DNA of 64,000 nt. It comes from an uncultured virus (IMG/VR IMGVR_UViG_2931768940_000002) (lineage: Duplodnaviria; Heunggongvirae; Uroviricota; Caudoviricetes). Both the position numbers and the translations under genes were made by a program. Every line of letters starts with the position of its first letter. The first letter of the stretch is position 1. This document shows, one piece after another, positions 19,450-27,985 of the stretch. Location: the IMG/VR virus record IMGVR_UViG_2931768940_000002; one strand, given 5' to 3'. The notes under the pieces are model-generated. The model did no database searches, had not been told where the DNA came from, and worked only from the letters and a program-made list of their open reading frames with translations.

Positions 19450-19926
19450 TCAGGCCGCGCCACCACCGTTGATCATGTTGAACAGGAAGTCAGCGTGCTC
19501 GTCCGTCAGCGACTCGCGCTGCTTCGGAACCGCCGCACCCACACCCGGCCGGCGCATCGGCTCAGGCCTCTTCGGCTTCCGCCCCTTGCCGTCCGAGTTC
19601 GCGACGACGGTGATGTACTGCAGCTCCCGTACCGCGTCACCCAGACCCGCAACAAGTTGCTCGAGCATCGACCAGCGACCCTCTTCCGGCTTCCCGGTCC
19701 GAGCCTGCTCCTCGTACTCCTCCGCCGTCATAGCGTTCCGCAAGGCCGTCATCGTCAGCGACTCAGGCGGCAGGCCCTGAACCAGCACCCGCAGCCGGCG
19801 CGATGACATCTCGCCCAGCCAGTACGCGTCGATCTGGTCGCCATCACGCGGGTAGTAGTGGGCCAGATCGGCTTCTACCGCCTCCGCGTGCTCCGCGACG
19901 AGGTTCCGGGTCCACGCGACTTTCCC
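19450..19926 (-). CDS. Tail assembly chaperone, -1 frameshift extension (gpGT-like)
   Basis: The -1 frame from GGGAAAG reads KVAWTRNLVAEHAEAVEADLAHYY...EMSSRRLRVL, in frame with the 19450..19809 ORF. Confidence 0.8.
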   Translation of the reverse strand, partial: GKVAWTRNLVAEHAEAVEADLAHYYPRDGDQIDAYWLGEMSSRRLRVLVQGLPPESLTMTALRNAMTAEEYEEQARTGKPEEGRWSMLEQLVAGLGDAVRELQYITVVANSDGKGRKPKRPEPMRRPGVGAAVPKQRESLTDEHADFLFNMINGGGAA

Positions 19927-20291
19927 AGGCTCTCCCCCGCCCGGGATGCTGCGTCACCGATGAACTCACCGAACTCGTCGTTCGTCGGGTCGATCTCCAC
20001 GAACCGGTCGTAGTCCTCCGGCGGCATGACCGTCTCCGCGAACGCGTCGATCTGCCCCTCGTTGAGGAGCCGCTGCCAGGACTGCCTCCACGCCCCCGGC
20101 GGGATGATGCGAAGGTCTTCGTCGCACAGGAGCGCGACCACGTAGTGGCCCTCCGCCTCAAGCTCCTGCGCCTCGGCAGCGCTGGTCTCGGCGTCCTGAG
20201 GCTCGGCCGCGGGGGCCAGTTCGCGCGGGCTCCGCGACGGGCGGGCAGCGGTGGTCTTACGGGCAGGGGCATTGCGGCTGTTCGCGGCCAT
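19875..20291 (-). CDS. Tail assembly chaperone (gpG-like)
   Basis: Between the major tail and tape measure genes; ends ESLGKS with slippery G GGA AAG. Confidence 0.85.
   Translation of the reverse strand: MAANSRNAPARKTTAARPSRSPRELAPAAEPQDAETSAAEAQELEAEGHYVVALLCDEDLRIIPPGAWRQSWQRLLNEGQIDAFAETVMPPEDYDRFVEIDPTNDEFGEFIGDAASRAGESLGKSRGPGTSSRSTRRR
19920..19926 (-). other. Programmed -1 frameshift slippery site GGGAAAG
   Basis: Same heptamer as lambda G/GT, at the expected position. Confidence 0.82.
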
Positions 20292-20331
20292 GGGCGCGGG
20301 CCTCCTCAAATCGTGGCGCAGGCACAAGGGG

Positions 20332-20382
20332 AAAAAGGGTGGGCGGGCCGGGCCCGCGCCAGCAGTGAAGACCCGCCCACCC
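20332..20382 (-). terminator. Terminator-like hairpin after the major tail gene
   Basis: 11-bp stem GGGTGGGCGGG/CCCGCCCACCC followed by TTTTT. Confidence 0.7.
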
Positions 20383-20385
20383 AGC

Positions 20386-20973
20386 TCAGGACCCGGTGTA
20401 CGCAGGCGTCACCGGGAGCTTGTCGACGTGGTAGACCGTGTTACCGGCCTCGTCGGGGTACGTGGTGATCGTCCACTCGAAGCCGGACATCTCGTCCTGC
20501 TTGTACGTGACGTCGGAGCGGTCGTTGATCTCGCCCTGGGGGACGTAGAAGCCTCGGTAGGCGCCGCCGTCCACCACCAGGAACCAGAACGCCCTGCGGT
20601 CCGGGACCGGAGACGCGGTGTCGGCGAACTTGGTGATGCCCTCGCCGTCCGGTACCAGGTCCGCGGTGTCGATCCGGAACTGCAGCGACTGGACGGCGTC
20701 CCGGGACGTCTCCCACACCGTCAGCCCGAACGTGCGGACCGACTTGGTGATCTGCGTGCGGAACGGCGACGTCAGACCCCACGGGGTGAACTCCTGAGAG
20801 TCCTCGTCGAACCCGTAGGTCAGACCGTCGTCACTGATCGCACCGAGCGGCGCCCACGGGGCCACCGGCTGGTCCAGCGGCGAGTCAAGGGCAGGCGTGC
20901 CGACAGGCGCCACCCAGCCCCCGCCGTTCGCTCCGACAACCGTGAGATCCGCGGCGCGGGTGATGAGAACCAT
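20386..20973 (-). CDS. Major tail protein
   Basis: LGAISDDGL, PQGEINDRSDVTY, TITTYPD motifs; synteny. Confidence 0.88.
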   Translation of the reverse strand: MVLITRAADLTVVGANGGGWVAPVGTPALDSPLDQPVAPWAPLGAISDDGLTYGFDEDSQEFTPWGLTSPFRTQITKSVRTFGLTVWETSRDAVQSLQFRIDTADLVPDGEGITKFADTASPVPDRRAFWFLVVDGGAYRGFYVPQGEINDRSDVTYKQDEMSGFEWTITTYPDEAGNTVYHVDKLPVTPAYTGS

Positions 20974-21044
20974 GATGTGTCTCCAGACATGGAAGAGCCC
21001 GCGCTCGGGCGGGACAGGGGCACGGCGCGGGCCCAAAGAAACGG

Positions 21045-21437
21045 TCAGGAGACCGGATGAAGGAAGACCTCATAGGTGCCGCCAACACGGCGCAACCCGA
21101 GGTTCTCGTAGGGGCGGATAGCAGGCAGCGTCAGGCATCCCACACGGCCGATCACGGCGGTCGGGCTGGTACTGCCTCGAATCGTGCGGGTCAGCCAGTT
21201 GTGCACGTCGATGGCCAACGCGAACGCGTCAGCCCGAGTGGCCGCGTAGATGTTCGTGTCGACGAGGACGCGGGCCAACCGCAATCCGTCCTCACCGCCA
21301 CCAGGGATCTGCTCGAACTGAATCGTCGGCAGCTCAGACAGCAAGTTGTTGTCGAGCTCGTCGCGGACCACAGCATCAGGCCACACCGGGGTAGCCCTAC
21401 CGATCAGCTCGGCCTCGACGTCAAGCAGGGCGGACAT
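21045..21437 (-). CDS. Tail terminator
   Basis: DVEAEL start, about 130 aa, immediately before the major tail gene. Confidence 0.78.
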   Translation of the reverse strand: MSALLDVEAELIGRATPVWPDAVVRDELDNNLLSELPTIQFEQIPGGGEDGLRLARVLVDTNIYAATRADAFALAIDVHNWLTRTIRGSTSPTAVIGRVGCLTLPAIRPYENLGLRRVGGTYEVFLHPVS

Positions 21438-21612
21438 AGTCCTCCCCGGCGAACTCGCGGCCGTCGAGCGAAGCGTGCACGAAGGCCCAGGCGATCTGCC
21501 CGCCGATCTCAACCGGAACGGTCTGAGGGCCGCAGACACACGACGCTTCGTCGCTGTCGGTGTCATGCGCCACCAGGTCGTTGAGCGGAGTGACGTGGAT
21601 GGTCGCGGCCAC
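21421..21612 (-). CDS. Small His/Cys hypothetical protein inserted in the neck genes
   Basis: HVTPLNDLVAH...CVCGP...HASLDGRE; overlaps both neighbours. Confidence 0.6.
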   Translation of the reverse strand: MAATIHVTPLNDLVAHDTDSDEASCVCGPQTVPVEIGGQIAWAFVHASLDGREFAGEDYVRPA

Positions 21613-21947
21613 TAGCCACCACCTCCTGCTGCAGCGGCCCGCAGCATGACGTGATGCGCGGGGACCTTCTCCGTGCCGTACTCCACCCAGCGGGCGTAGT
21701 ACGCCGTGTTCGTGACCGTCGCCGTGGCACGGTCCTTACGCCGGCCGCCACGATTCGTGGTCGTGACCTTGAAGCTGGCCTTGTAGTGGCCCCGGTTGGT
21801 ATCCCACGCACCGGCGTAAACGGGGGCGATACCTACGGCCACGTCCTCGATGCGCTCAGCACGGGCGAGCATGTCCGCCTGGATCATCCGGGACTTCAGC
21901 AGTTGCCCGACGCCACGGTTGGACATCTTGAACTTCGCGGGCATCAT
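21612..21947 (-). CDS. HK97 gp10-like neck protein
   Basis: APV...GHYKAS...YARWVEYGT...LRAA. Confidence 0.85.
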   Translation of the reverse strand: MMPAKFKMSNRGVGQLLKSRMIQADMLARAERIEDVAVGIAPVYAGAWDTNRGHYKASFKVTTTNRGGRRKDRATATVTNTAYYARWVEYGTEKVPAHHVMLRAAAAGGGG

Positions 21948-21972
21948 GACCACCTACTCATCTGGGGGCAGC

Positions 21973-22293
21973 ATGGACGTCAAGGGCGTGCAGGGATCCA
22001 TCAACTTCGACGGCGACTGGATCACCATCACGAAGAAGGAAGTCGGCCAGCAGGCACGGCACTTCCGCATCAGGGCCGCAGACGTCACCGGCACCAGGCT
22101 CAAGCCCGGCACCCGCCTGTTCCACGGATACGTGCAGTTCCTGCTCCCCGGCAGCTCGGCCGCCACAGAGTCAAAGAGCCTGCTCGCCGGAGGCCGGCCA
22201 CCACAGTCCGACCCGCACAGCCTGTCCATCCGCCACAGCGCCAACGACGCCGCCGAAAAGCTCGTGGCAGCGGTTGAGCAGGCGCGCAGCTAG
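21973..22293 (+). CDS. DUF4429-like (PH-like) protein, antisense moron
   Basis: VKGVQGSINFDGDWITI...KPG...GYVQF; GGGGG ribosome-binding site; fills the gap between two head-tail genes. Confidence 0.72.
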   Translation: MDVKGVQGSINFDGDWITITKKEVGQQARHFRIRAADVTGTRLKPGTRLFHGYVQFLLPGSSAATESKSLLAGGRPPQSDPHSLSIRHSANDAAEKLVAAVEQARS

Positions 22294-22652
22294 CCCGTCA
22301 CCCGATCCGCAGCAAACTGGACCGGGCCCGGGGTGCCGGTGAACGGGGACTGGCCCCAATCACCCGGGAACCCGGTGATCTCGCACGTCTCGTCGCGGAT
22401 CCGGCACCGGTCCGTGGTCCGGACATTGCTGCCCGGCGGGGCGTACACCGTGTACCCGACGATGACCGTGTCCCGAGCCTGTTGCTGATCCCCGCCAACC
22501 GTCGGCGTCTCCGCCCGCGGGGCCACCACACAGCCCATCAGATCGAAGGACTCGTCCGGGCCCGGCAGAGGCTGACCACGTGGATCCCGGCCAGGAGAGG
22601 TACCAGTGCGCAGAATCCGCACCGTCTCCCCATACGGGTACGGGGCGGGCAC
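22290..22652 (-). CDS. Head-to-tail stopper
   Basis: GETVRILR...DPRGQP...W.SPFTG...RVTG; synteny. Confidence 0.78.
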   Translation of the reverse strand: MPAPYPYGETVRILRTGTSPGRDPRGQPLPGPDESFDLMGCVVAPRAETPTVGGDQQQARDTVIVGYTVYAPPGSNVRTTDRCRIRDETCEITGFPGDWGQSPFTGTPGPVQFAADRVTG

Positions 22653-23059
22653 TACGACCACCCCGGCTCGAAGTCGCCATCCCACGACAGGTCATCGAGC
22701 GGCCACGTCGGCGACGGATCCGCCGTCGCCGGCGTCGGGTCGACCGTGAAAGCGCCGCCCCGGCCGGCCAAGCTCTTCAGCGCAGCTTTGTCGGCCTTCG
22801 TCAGGTACAGGCCGCCCGAACCGCTCGGGCGCTGCACCGACATCGGGCCGATCGTCTCGTAGGAGACCTGCTGCGGATTCACATAGGCCCGCCCCGCCAC
22901 CGACAGGACGACTGCGGTCGCCTCGTCCGGGAGAGGCTTCACCACAGAGGTCGCTAGGGCGACGGCCTGCCGGATCAGCAGATCCGCCCGGTCCCCGTCG
23001 ATCTCCGCCATGCCCAGGTACATGCCGAGATCCTCAGCCGTGGGAGCCACGAACGTCAT
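22652..23059 (-). CDS. Head-to-tail adaptor
   Basis: RAYVNPQ...ETIGP...GGLYLT...GGAFTVD. Confidence 0.82.
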   Translation of the reverse strand: MTFVAPTAEDLGMYLGMAEIDGDRADLLIRQAVALATSVVKPLPDEATAVVLSVAGRAYVNPQQVSYETIGPMSVQRPSGSGGLYLTKADKAALKSLAGRGGAFTVDPTPATADPSPTWPLDDLSWDGDFEPGWS

Positions 23060-23068
23060 GCCGACCTC

Positions 23069-24100
23069 CTAGCGGGCCAGGCCCTCGATCGCAGTGCACC
23101 AGGTAGCCAGGTCAGCAGCAGGATCCAGCTCGGCAGACCGGGCCTTCGCCCGCTTCGACGCCAACCGGTACTCGGGTGGACTGAGGAGCTTGCGCAGGAC
23201 CGCTTCGTAACCGTCCAGATCCTCACGGTCCACGAAAATCCCGGCCTCACCGAGAGACTCCGTGAGCCCCGGCGTGGGGTGAGCCACGACGGGAATTCCG
23301 CTGGCCAACGCCTCAGCACCAGCCCGGCCCCACGACTCATAGGAGGACGGCATCAACAGCACCTTCGTGCGGCCGTACACCCGCTCCCGCATGTTCTCAC
23401 CGCGGACGTGCTCGACAACCTCCACGTTCGGCAGATCCGGGAGGATCTGCTCCCCGTAGGCGCCTCGCACCGCAAGGAACTGCTGGTCGGGCATGCGCTT
23501 CGCCAACGCGGCGAGCACCTTGCCGCCCTTCTCAGGGTTGCAGTTCACCAGCGTGATGGCCTTGCCGGGCCTCGTCGCGTACTCGTCGGCGAACACCGGC
23601 GGACGCACGATCAGCTCACTGGTCGGCCGGACACCCTTCGGATACTCGGCGAAGAACAGCTCCGCCTCCCGCTGCATCCACAAGCTGTTGTAGACCGCCA
23701 GAGCAGTCCCACCAGCCGCAGCATCACGGAACGTCGGGCGGTGCGTGTTGTGACACACCACCACCAACGGAGCCCCGTACCCGCGGGCCATCGCCGCCGC
23801 CGACGGAACCGTCTCCAGATGGGCAATCAGCGCATCCGCACGCTTCACCGCCGTCGGGAAATCCAGACGGGACTCCAGCGGCACCACGCGAATGCCCCGG
23901 TACTCGTACTCCTTGTGAGCCCTCCCGTACCGGGACAGCCACACCTGCACATCGTGGCCGCGCTCCACCAGAGGACGCAGCATGGACACGAGCATGTGCT
24001 CCGCCCCCGCGTTGTGCTCCGGCGGCATCGCATGGGCGCGGGCCACGATGCGCAGCGGCTTGGCGGTCCCGCCCGGCGCGGAAGCCGGGACCGCAGCCAT
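23069..24100 (-). CDS. GT4-like glycosyltransferase within the head module
   Basis: AGAE, KGG and MPSSYESWGRAGAEALASGIPVV (EX7E motif); coupled to the capsid gene stop. Confidence 0.88.
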   Translation of the reverse strand: MAAVPASAPGGTAKPLRIVARAHAMPPEHNAGAEHMLVSMLRPLVERGHDVQVWLSRYGRAHKEYEYRGIRVVPLESRLDFPTAVKRADALIAHLETVPSAAAMARGYGAPLVVVCHNTHRPTFRDAAAGGTALAVYNSLWMQREAELFFAEYPKGVRPTSELIVRPPVFADEYATRPGKAITLVNCNPEKGGKVLAALAKRMPDQQFLAVRGAYGEQILPDLPNVEVVEHVRGENMRERVYGRTKVLLMPSSYESWGRAGAEALASGIPVVAHPTPGLTESLGEAGIFVDREDLDGYEAVLRKLLSPPEYRLASKRAKARSAELDPAADLATWCTAIEGLAR

Positions 24101-25056
24101 CAGCTACCGCTCGGGGTGCCGGTGTACTTCACGAACGCATCCGCGTCACCCATCACGAAGCCGTAGTACGCCTCCGCGAGGATCAGCACCAGGTTCTCCT
24201 GGAACGCGCTGTGCACGCCGCCGTCCTCGTCGACGTAAGTCGCCTGGTCGGAGATCCGCACGGTGATGTCCATGCCCACGCCGTAGGCAGCCTGCGACCA
24301 GTCGCCGCCGAGCGCCCGCAGGCCCGTGTCGGTCGACGCGGACTGCCGGCGCTGCTTGCCCGACACCGACCGCGAGTACGCCAGCGGCTCGCCGATCAGC
24401 GTGCCCGCGCTCGCCATGTTCGTACCCGGGGTCTGCGTGTCGACCAGGATCGGCCGACCCGTCGTGTCCGTCGCGAGAAGCAGCTTCGGCTTCAGCCGGT
24501 GGTCGGCGACCGTACCGGTGTAGTCGTAGTCCTCGTCGACGACGAGGTCCATGCCCTTGACCAGGTCGGCCCAGATGCCGCCCTGCCCCTGCGCTGTGGT
24601 GCCCAGCGCGACGCTCTGAGAGGTCATCGCCAGGTACTCGGAGAAGGGGCCGGTGGCACCCTTCATCGTCTTGCCGTGGATCGCCGCGTGGTCGAAGGCC
24701 CGCGCGAACGCCGTCGGCAGGTCGTTCTGCAGCTGGCTGTAGAGGCCGGCCGTGTTCGTCCGGGCGACTTCCATGGCCACCGGGATGAGCACGGCGAGCT
24801 TCTTCGCCGTCATGTGCTTGACGTCGATGCCGCCGGTCGACAGGGGCTTCTTCTGCCCCTGTCCGACCCAGTCGGCCGTCGGCACGTCCATCGGGATCGG
24901 CACCGAAGTAGTGGCGTCCAGGGCCAGCGGCGCTTGGCGGGCAAGCGCCATGACCGCGGACTGCTCGACGCTCTTCTCGAAGATCGGTGCGGTGATGGTC
25001 CGCGGGAGGAGCTCCTCGGGCAGACCGGACGTAGTGATCGGGGCCGTAGCCACCAT
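24100..25056 (-). CDS. Major capsid protein (HK97 fold)
   Basis: LLPRTITAPIF, ADWVGQG, KKLAVLIP, GDWSQ, FQENLVLILAE. Confidence 0.92.
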   Translation of the reverse strand: MVATAPITTSGLPEELLPRTITAPIFEKSVEQSAVMALARQAPLALDATTSVPIPMDVPTADWVGQGQKKPLSTGGIDVKHMTAKKLAVLIPVAMEVARTNTAGLYSQLQNDLPTAFARAFDHAAIHGKTMKGATGPFSEYLAMTSQSVALGTTAQGQGGIWADLVKGMDLVVDEDYDYTGTVADHRLKPKLLLATDTTGRPILVDTQTPGTNMASAGTLIGEPLAYSRSVSGKQRRQSASTDTGLRALGGDWSQAAYGVGMDITVRISDQATYVDEDGGVHSAFQENLVLILAEAYYGFVMGDADAFVKYTGTPSGS

Positions 25057-25067
25057 GATTCCCTCTC

Positions 25068-25706
25068 TCAGCGGCCAGGAAGCCGCGACTTAAGCCATCC
25101 GGAGAACTCGTCCTCCGGGCTGGGGGCCTTCGTTCGGTTGGCGCCGGACGCCTGTGTGCGGTCCGGTGCGGGACGCCGCGGGCCCTCCTGGGGCTGGCTC
25201 TTCGCCCAGTGCGGCTTGCGCTCCAGGAGCGCGTCGAGGTCCGCCTTGATGGCCGCCTCGTCGATGTCGCCGTCAGAGTCGATGTATGTACCGAGATCCA
25301 GCGCGCCGACCGCGTCCTCCGGGTCCGCGAACCCGGCCATCGCCAGCGCCTGCACCTGGGAACGCACCAGCCGCTGACGCGTCTTGGTGATCTGCTCCTC
25401 GGCGCGGGTCAGCTGGTCGTTGAGACGGTCCGTGTCGGACTTCTCGGCGTCCTTGCGCTTCTGCAGCTCGGCGAGCAGAGGCTCCTGCTCCTTGAGCCGC
25501 TTGCGGAGGTTCGCGGCCTCGCTGTTCTTCTTCCGCAGCTCAGCCTCGAACTTCTTCCGGTCGAACGGCTTGCCCTCGGTCTCCGCCTCCTGGGCGGCCT
25601 CCGTGGACTCCGTACCGTCCTCCACCTCGGTTCCCGTCTCCTCGACGGTGTCCTCGGTGACGGTCTCGGCCTGCTGCTGCTCGGTGCTCTCGGTCTCTTC
25701 AGGCAT
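25068..25706 (-). CDS. Scaffolding protein
   Basis: Acidic N-terminus, coiled coil, FADPEDA, LLERKPH. Confidence 0.85.
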   Translation of the reverse strand: MPEETESTEQQQAETVTEDTVEETGTEVEDGTESTEAAQEAETEGKPFDRKKFEAELRKKNSEAANLRKRLKEQEPLLAELQKRKDAEKSDTDRLNDQLTRAEEQITKTRQRLVRSQVQALAMAGFADPEDAVGALDLGTYIDSDGDIDEAAIKADLDALLERKPHWAKSQPQEGPRRPAPDRTQASGANRTKAPSPEDEFSGWLKSRLPGR

Positions 25707-25785
25707 GACGAATCGGCCCTCCAGGGGCTGTGGAAATGAGAAAGGCCGCCACCAGGGCGACCAGGTCATTCAGTGAGCGACGGCC

Positions 25786-26562
25786 TCAGCCGTGCTCGGC
25801 GATCGCGCGCCGAAACCGGCGCAGCTGATCACCAGGAAACGGGGCGGCGTACTCGCGGTACAACCGATCCCACTCCTGCGCATGGGCGGACAGCTCGAAA
25901 CGCTGACCGCGGAAGACGGGGATGATCCCGCAGTGGCAGTCGTCGTGGAACTTCGCCACGGAGGCGTCCCCGGAGAACTTGTCGTTGGCGTCACGGCCGG
26001 CCGTTCCGGCCGACTTGTAGACCATGCCGCGGGAGGCCATCAAGCGGCAGAAGGCGCACGCCCCCAGCGCCGCAGCCCGGGCGTATCCGACGGCCTGACG
26101 GTCTTGGCGGACAGCCTGCCGAATCGTCTCCCGACCCTGGTCTGCGACCAGCTTCTGTGTGGCAGCTTCCGTGCGACGCTCAGCAACAGCGAGGCGGGCC
26201 GGCAGCGGCTCACGCCCTGCCTCTGCGTCCTGCGGCCACACGTCGTGGGCGGCCCAACGCAGAGACGACTCGATCTGGTCAGCCGGTGGTGAGTCCGCCA
26301 GCGGCACTCTGAACGTGTCGCGCGCATCGGCGTCGGCCCGTTGGGCGTCGTAGAACTCGGCGGCAAGGGAAGCCGACATGTCGCCGTACCTGGCCACCAC
26401 CTCGTTGGCGGACTCCAGCCAATCCGAGAACGACGCAGGCTGCGCCGGGCTGAACAGCCGCCACAGCCTCCCGACGTCCCGCAGCAGCAGCCGAGACAGG
26501 CCCCGCTGTGCTCGCCGGTAGCGGTCCGCGGCACCGTCTCCGTCAGAGACCGTCGATGCCAT
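25786..26562 (-). CDS. Minor capsid / MuF-like (VG15-like) protein
   Basis: ACAFCRLMASRG...FHDDCHC; between the portal and scaffold genes. Confidence 0.8.
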   Translation of the reverse strand: MASTVSDGDGAADRYRRAQRGLSRLLLRDVGRLWRLFSPAQPASFSDWLESANEVVARYGDMSASLAAEFYDAQRADADARDTFRVPLADSPPADQIESSLRWAAHDVWPQDAEAGREPLPARLAVAERRTEAATQKLVADQGRETIRQAVRQDRQAVGYARAAALGACAFCRLMASRGMVYKSAGTAGRDANDKFSGDASVAKFHDDCHCGIIPVFRGQRFELSAHAQEWDRLYREYAAPFPGDQLRRFRRAIAEHG

Positions 26563-27985
26563 CAGGCACCCCCGACGGTACGGCGTCCGCACCATCGTCG
26601 AGCTGGGCCAAGCGGTCCATCAGGCCAGAGCCAGCCGCAGACCGCCGCCGATCGGCGCGGACACGCTGCCGCTGCCCTTCAGACAGGCCCGCCATCTCCA
26701 GCGTGACATCCGAGTCGGCCGGGATAATCCCCGCCTGGACCAGCTTGACCGTGGCGTCCGCCTGTGCGGCCACCGTCGGTGTCGCCGGGTTTCGCCACAC
26801 CGTCTCGATGCGGCGCGTCGCAGCAGGCGGCTCACCGTCCCGCACCCACAGGGCGAGGCGCATGGCCTCCTCCCACCGGGATCCGAAGCGGCGGATGCGA
26901 CGCTCACTGCGCTTCACGAGCTTCGCTTCCGTCGACCGGATCGCGTCCGCGCTTGCGGGGTTGTCCGTGGTGTAGCCGAGCATGTGCGGCGGAAGCCCGA
27001 ACTGGGCCGACATGATCCTGGCGTACAGGTCAATGATCTTTGTCTGGCCGGACGGGTCGTGGGCCGGAAACTGGCCCACCGACGGGACCTGACCGTCCTC
27101 GTCCCGCTCCAGGGCGAGCACACGGCCGATGTACGTCTCCCAGGCGCTCTTGGCGTTACCCTCGGCGTCCTGGAACGCAGACTCCGACGCCCCCAAGATG
27201 TACCGCGCAGGGGCCCCGAAGAACTCCGCCGCCACCTCGATACCCATCATCCGCCGGCACGCCGCATCGGTGATGCTCATGACGTCCGGGGTGATCTCCG
27301 ACTTCCCGACCCGGTCCGCGGTCCGCTGCCGGTTCGCAAGCCTGACGATCGGCACGACACCCAGGTTGTGAATGTCCCGATCGACGACCTCCCAGCCACC
27401 AGACTTGCTCGGCAGTGCGGTCACCGTCTGGTCCGGCAGATACAGGACGATCATCCGGTCGTCCGCACCCGACTCGAGCAGCCCGTCCGTCTGGCACTCC
27501 CGCAGCCCCGCCACGCCCATCCGGATACGGGCATCCCACATCAAGGTCATGTCCAGCGGCGACTCCACGCTGATCAGCGGCGGATAGTCGTCGTCGTCAC
27601 CAGATCCGATGGTGATGTACTCCCGCCCGTAGAGCAGGGCATCCAGGTGGGCCAGGCTCGACTCGTCGAGAAGGTCGTTCGCAGTGACGATCTCCGCCAG
27701 CTCCGACGAATCGGACCCGTCAGCCCACCGGAACGCCTCCAAGTCGAGGCGCTCCTCCAAGGACTCGACACCCACCCGCGGCCAGCCGATCACCGTATGC
27801 AGGCCCCTGAGCTGCGGCGGGATCGAGATGCCCAAGTCACGGACCAGCTGCTCACCGTTGAAGTACGCGTCTCGCAGCTGCAGAGCCCACCGGTCCCGCA
27901 TCATGTCCGCACGCAGCACCTGAATCAGGGCCAGCTCATCGTCCGACAGATGCAGCAGCGGCAGCTCGGGGATGGACACGGTCAT
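26543..27985 (-). CDS. Portal protein (SPP1 gp6-like)
   Basis: HNLGVVP, GKSEIT, NPASADAI, WRNPATPT. Confidence 0.92.
   Translation of the reverse strand: MTVSIPELPLLHLSDDELALIQVLRADMMRDRWALQLRDAYFNGEQLVRDLGISIPPQLRGLHTVIGWPRVGVESLEERLDLEAFRWADGSDSSELAEIVTANDLLDESSLAHLDALLYGREYITIGSGDDDDYPPLISVESPLDMTLMWDARIRMGVAGLRECQTDGLLESGADDRMIVLYLPDQTVTALPSKSGGWEVVDRDIHNLGVVPIVRLANRQRTADRVGKSEITPDVMSITDAACRRMMGIEVAAEFFGAPARYILGASESAFQDAEGNAKSAWETYIGRVLALERDEDGQVPSVGQFPAHDPSGQTKIIDLYARIMSAQFGLPPHMLGYTTDNPASADAIRSTEAKLVKRSERRIRRFGSRWEEAMRLALWVRDGEPPAATRRIETVWRNPATPTVAAQADATVKLVQAGIIPADSDVTLEMAGLSEGQRQRVRADRRRSAAGSGLMDRLAQLDDGADAVPSGVPDGIDGL

Noticed and set aside
14643..19472. 1609-aa plus-strand ORF and similar long antisense ORFs (e.g. 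8410..9993, 62053..63570)
   Set aside because: Shadow frames of high-GC genes on the opposite strand with no recognisable motifs
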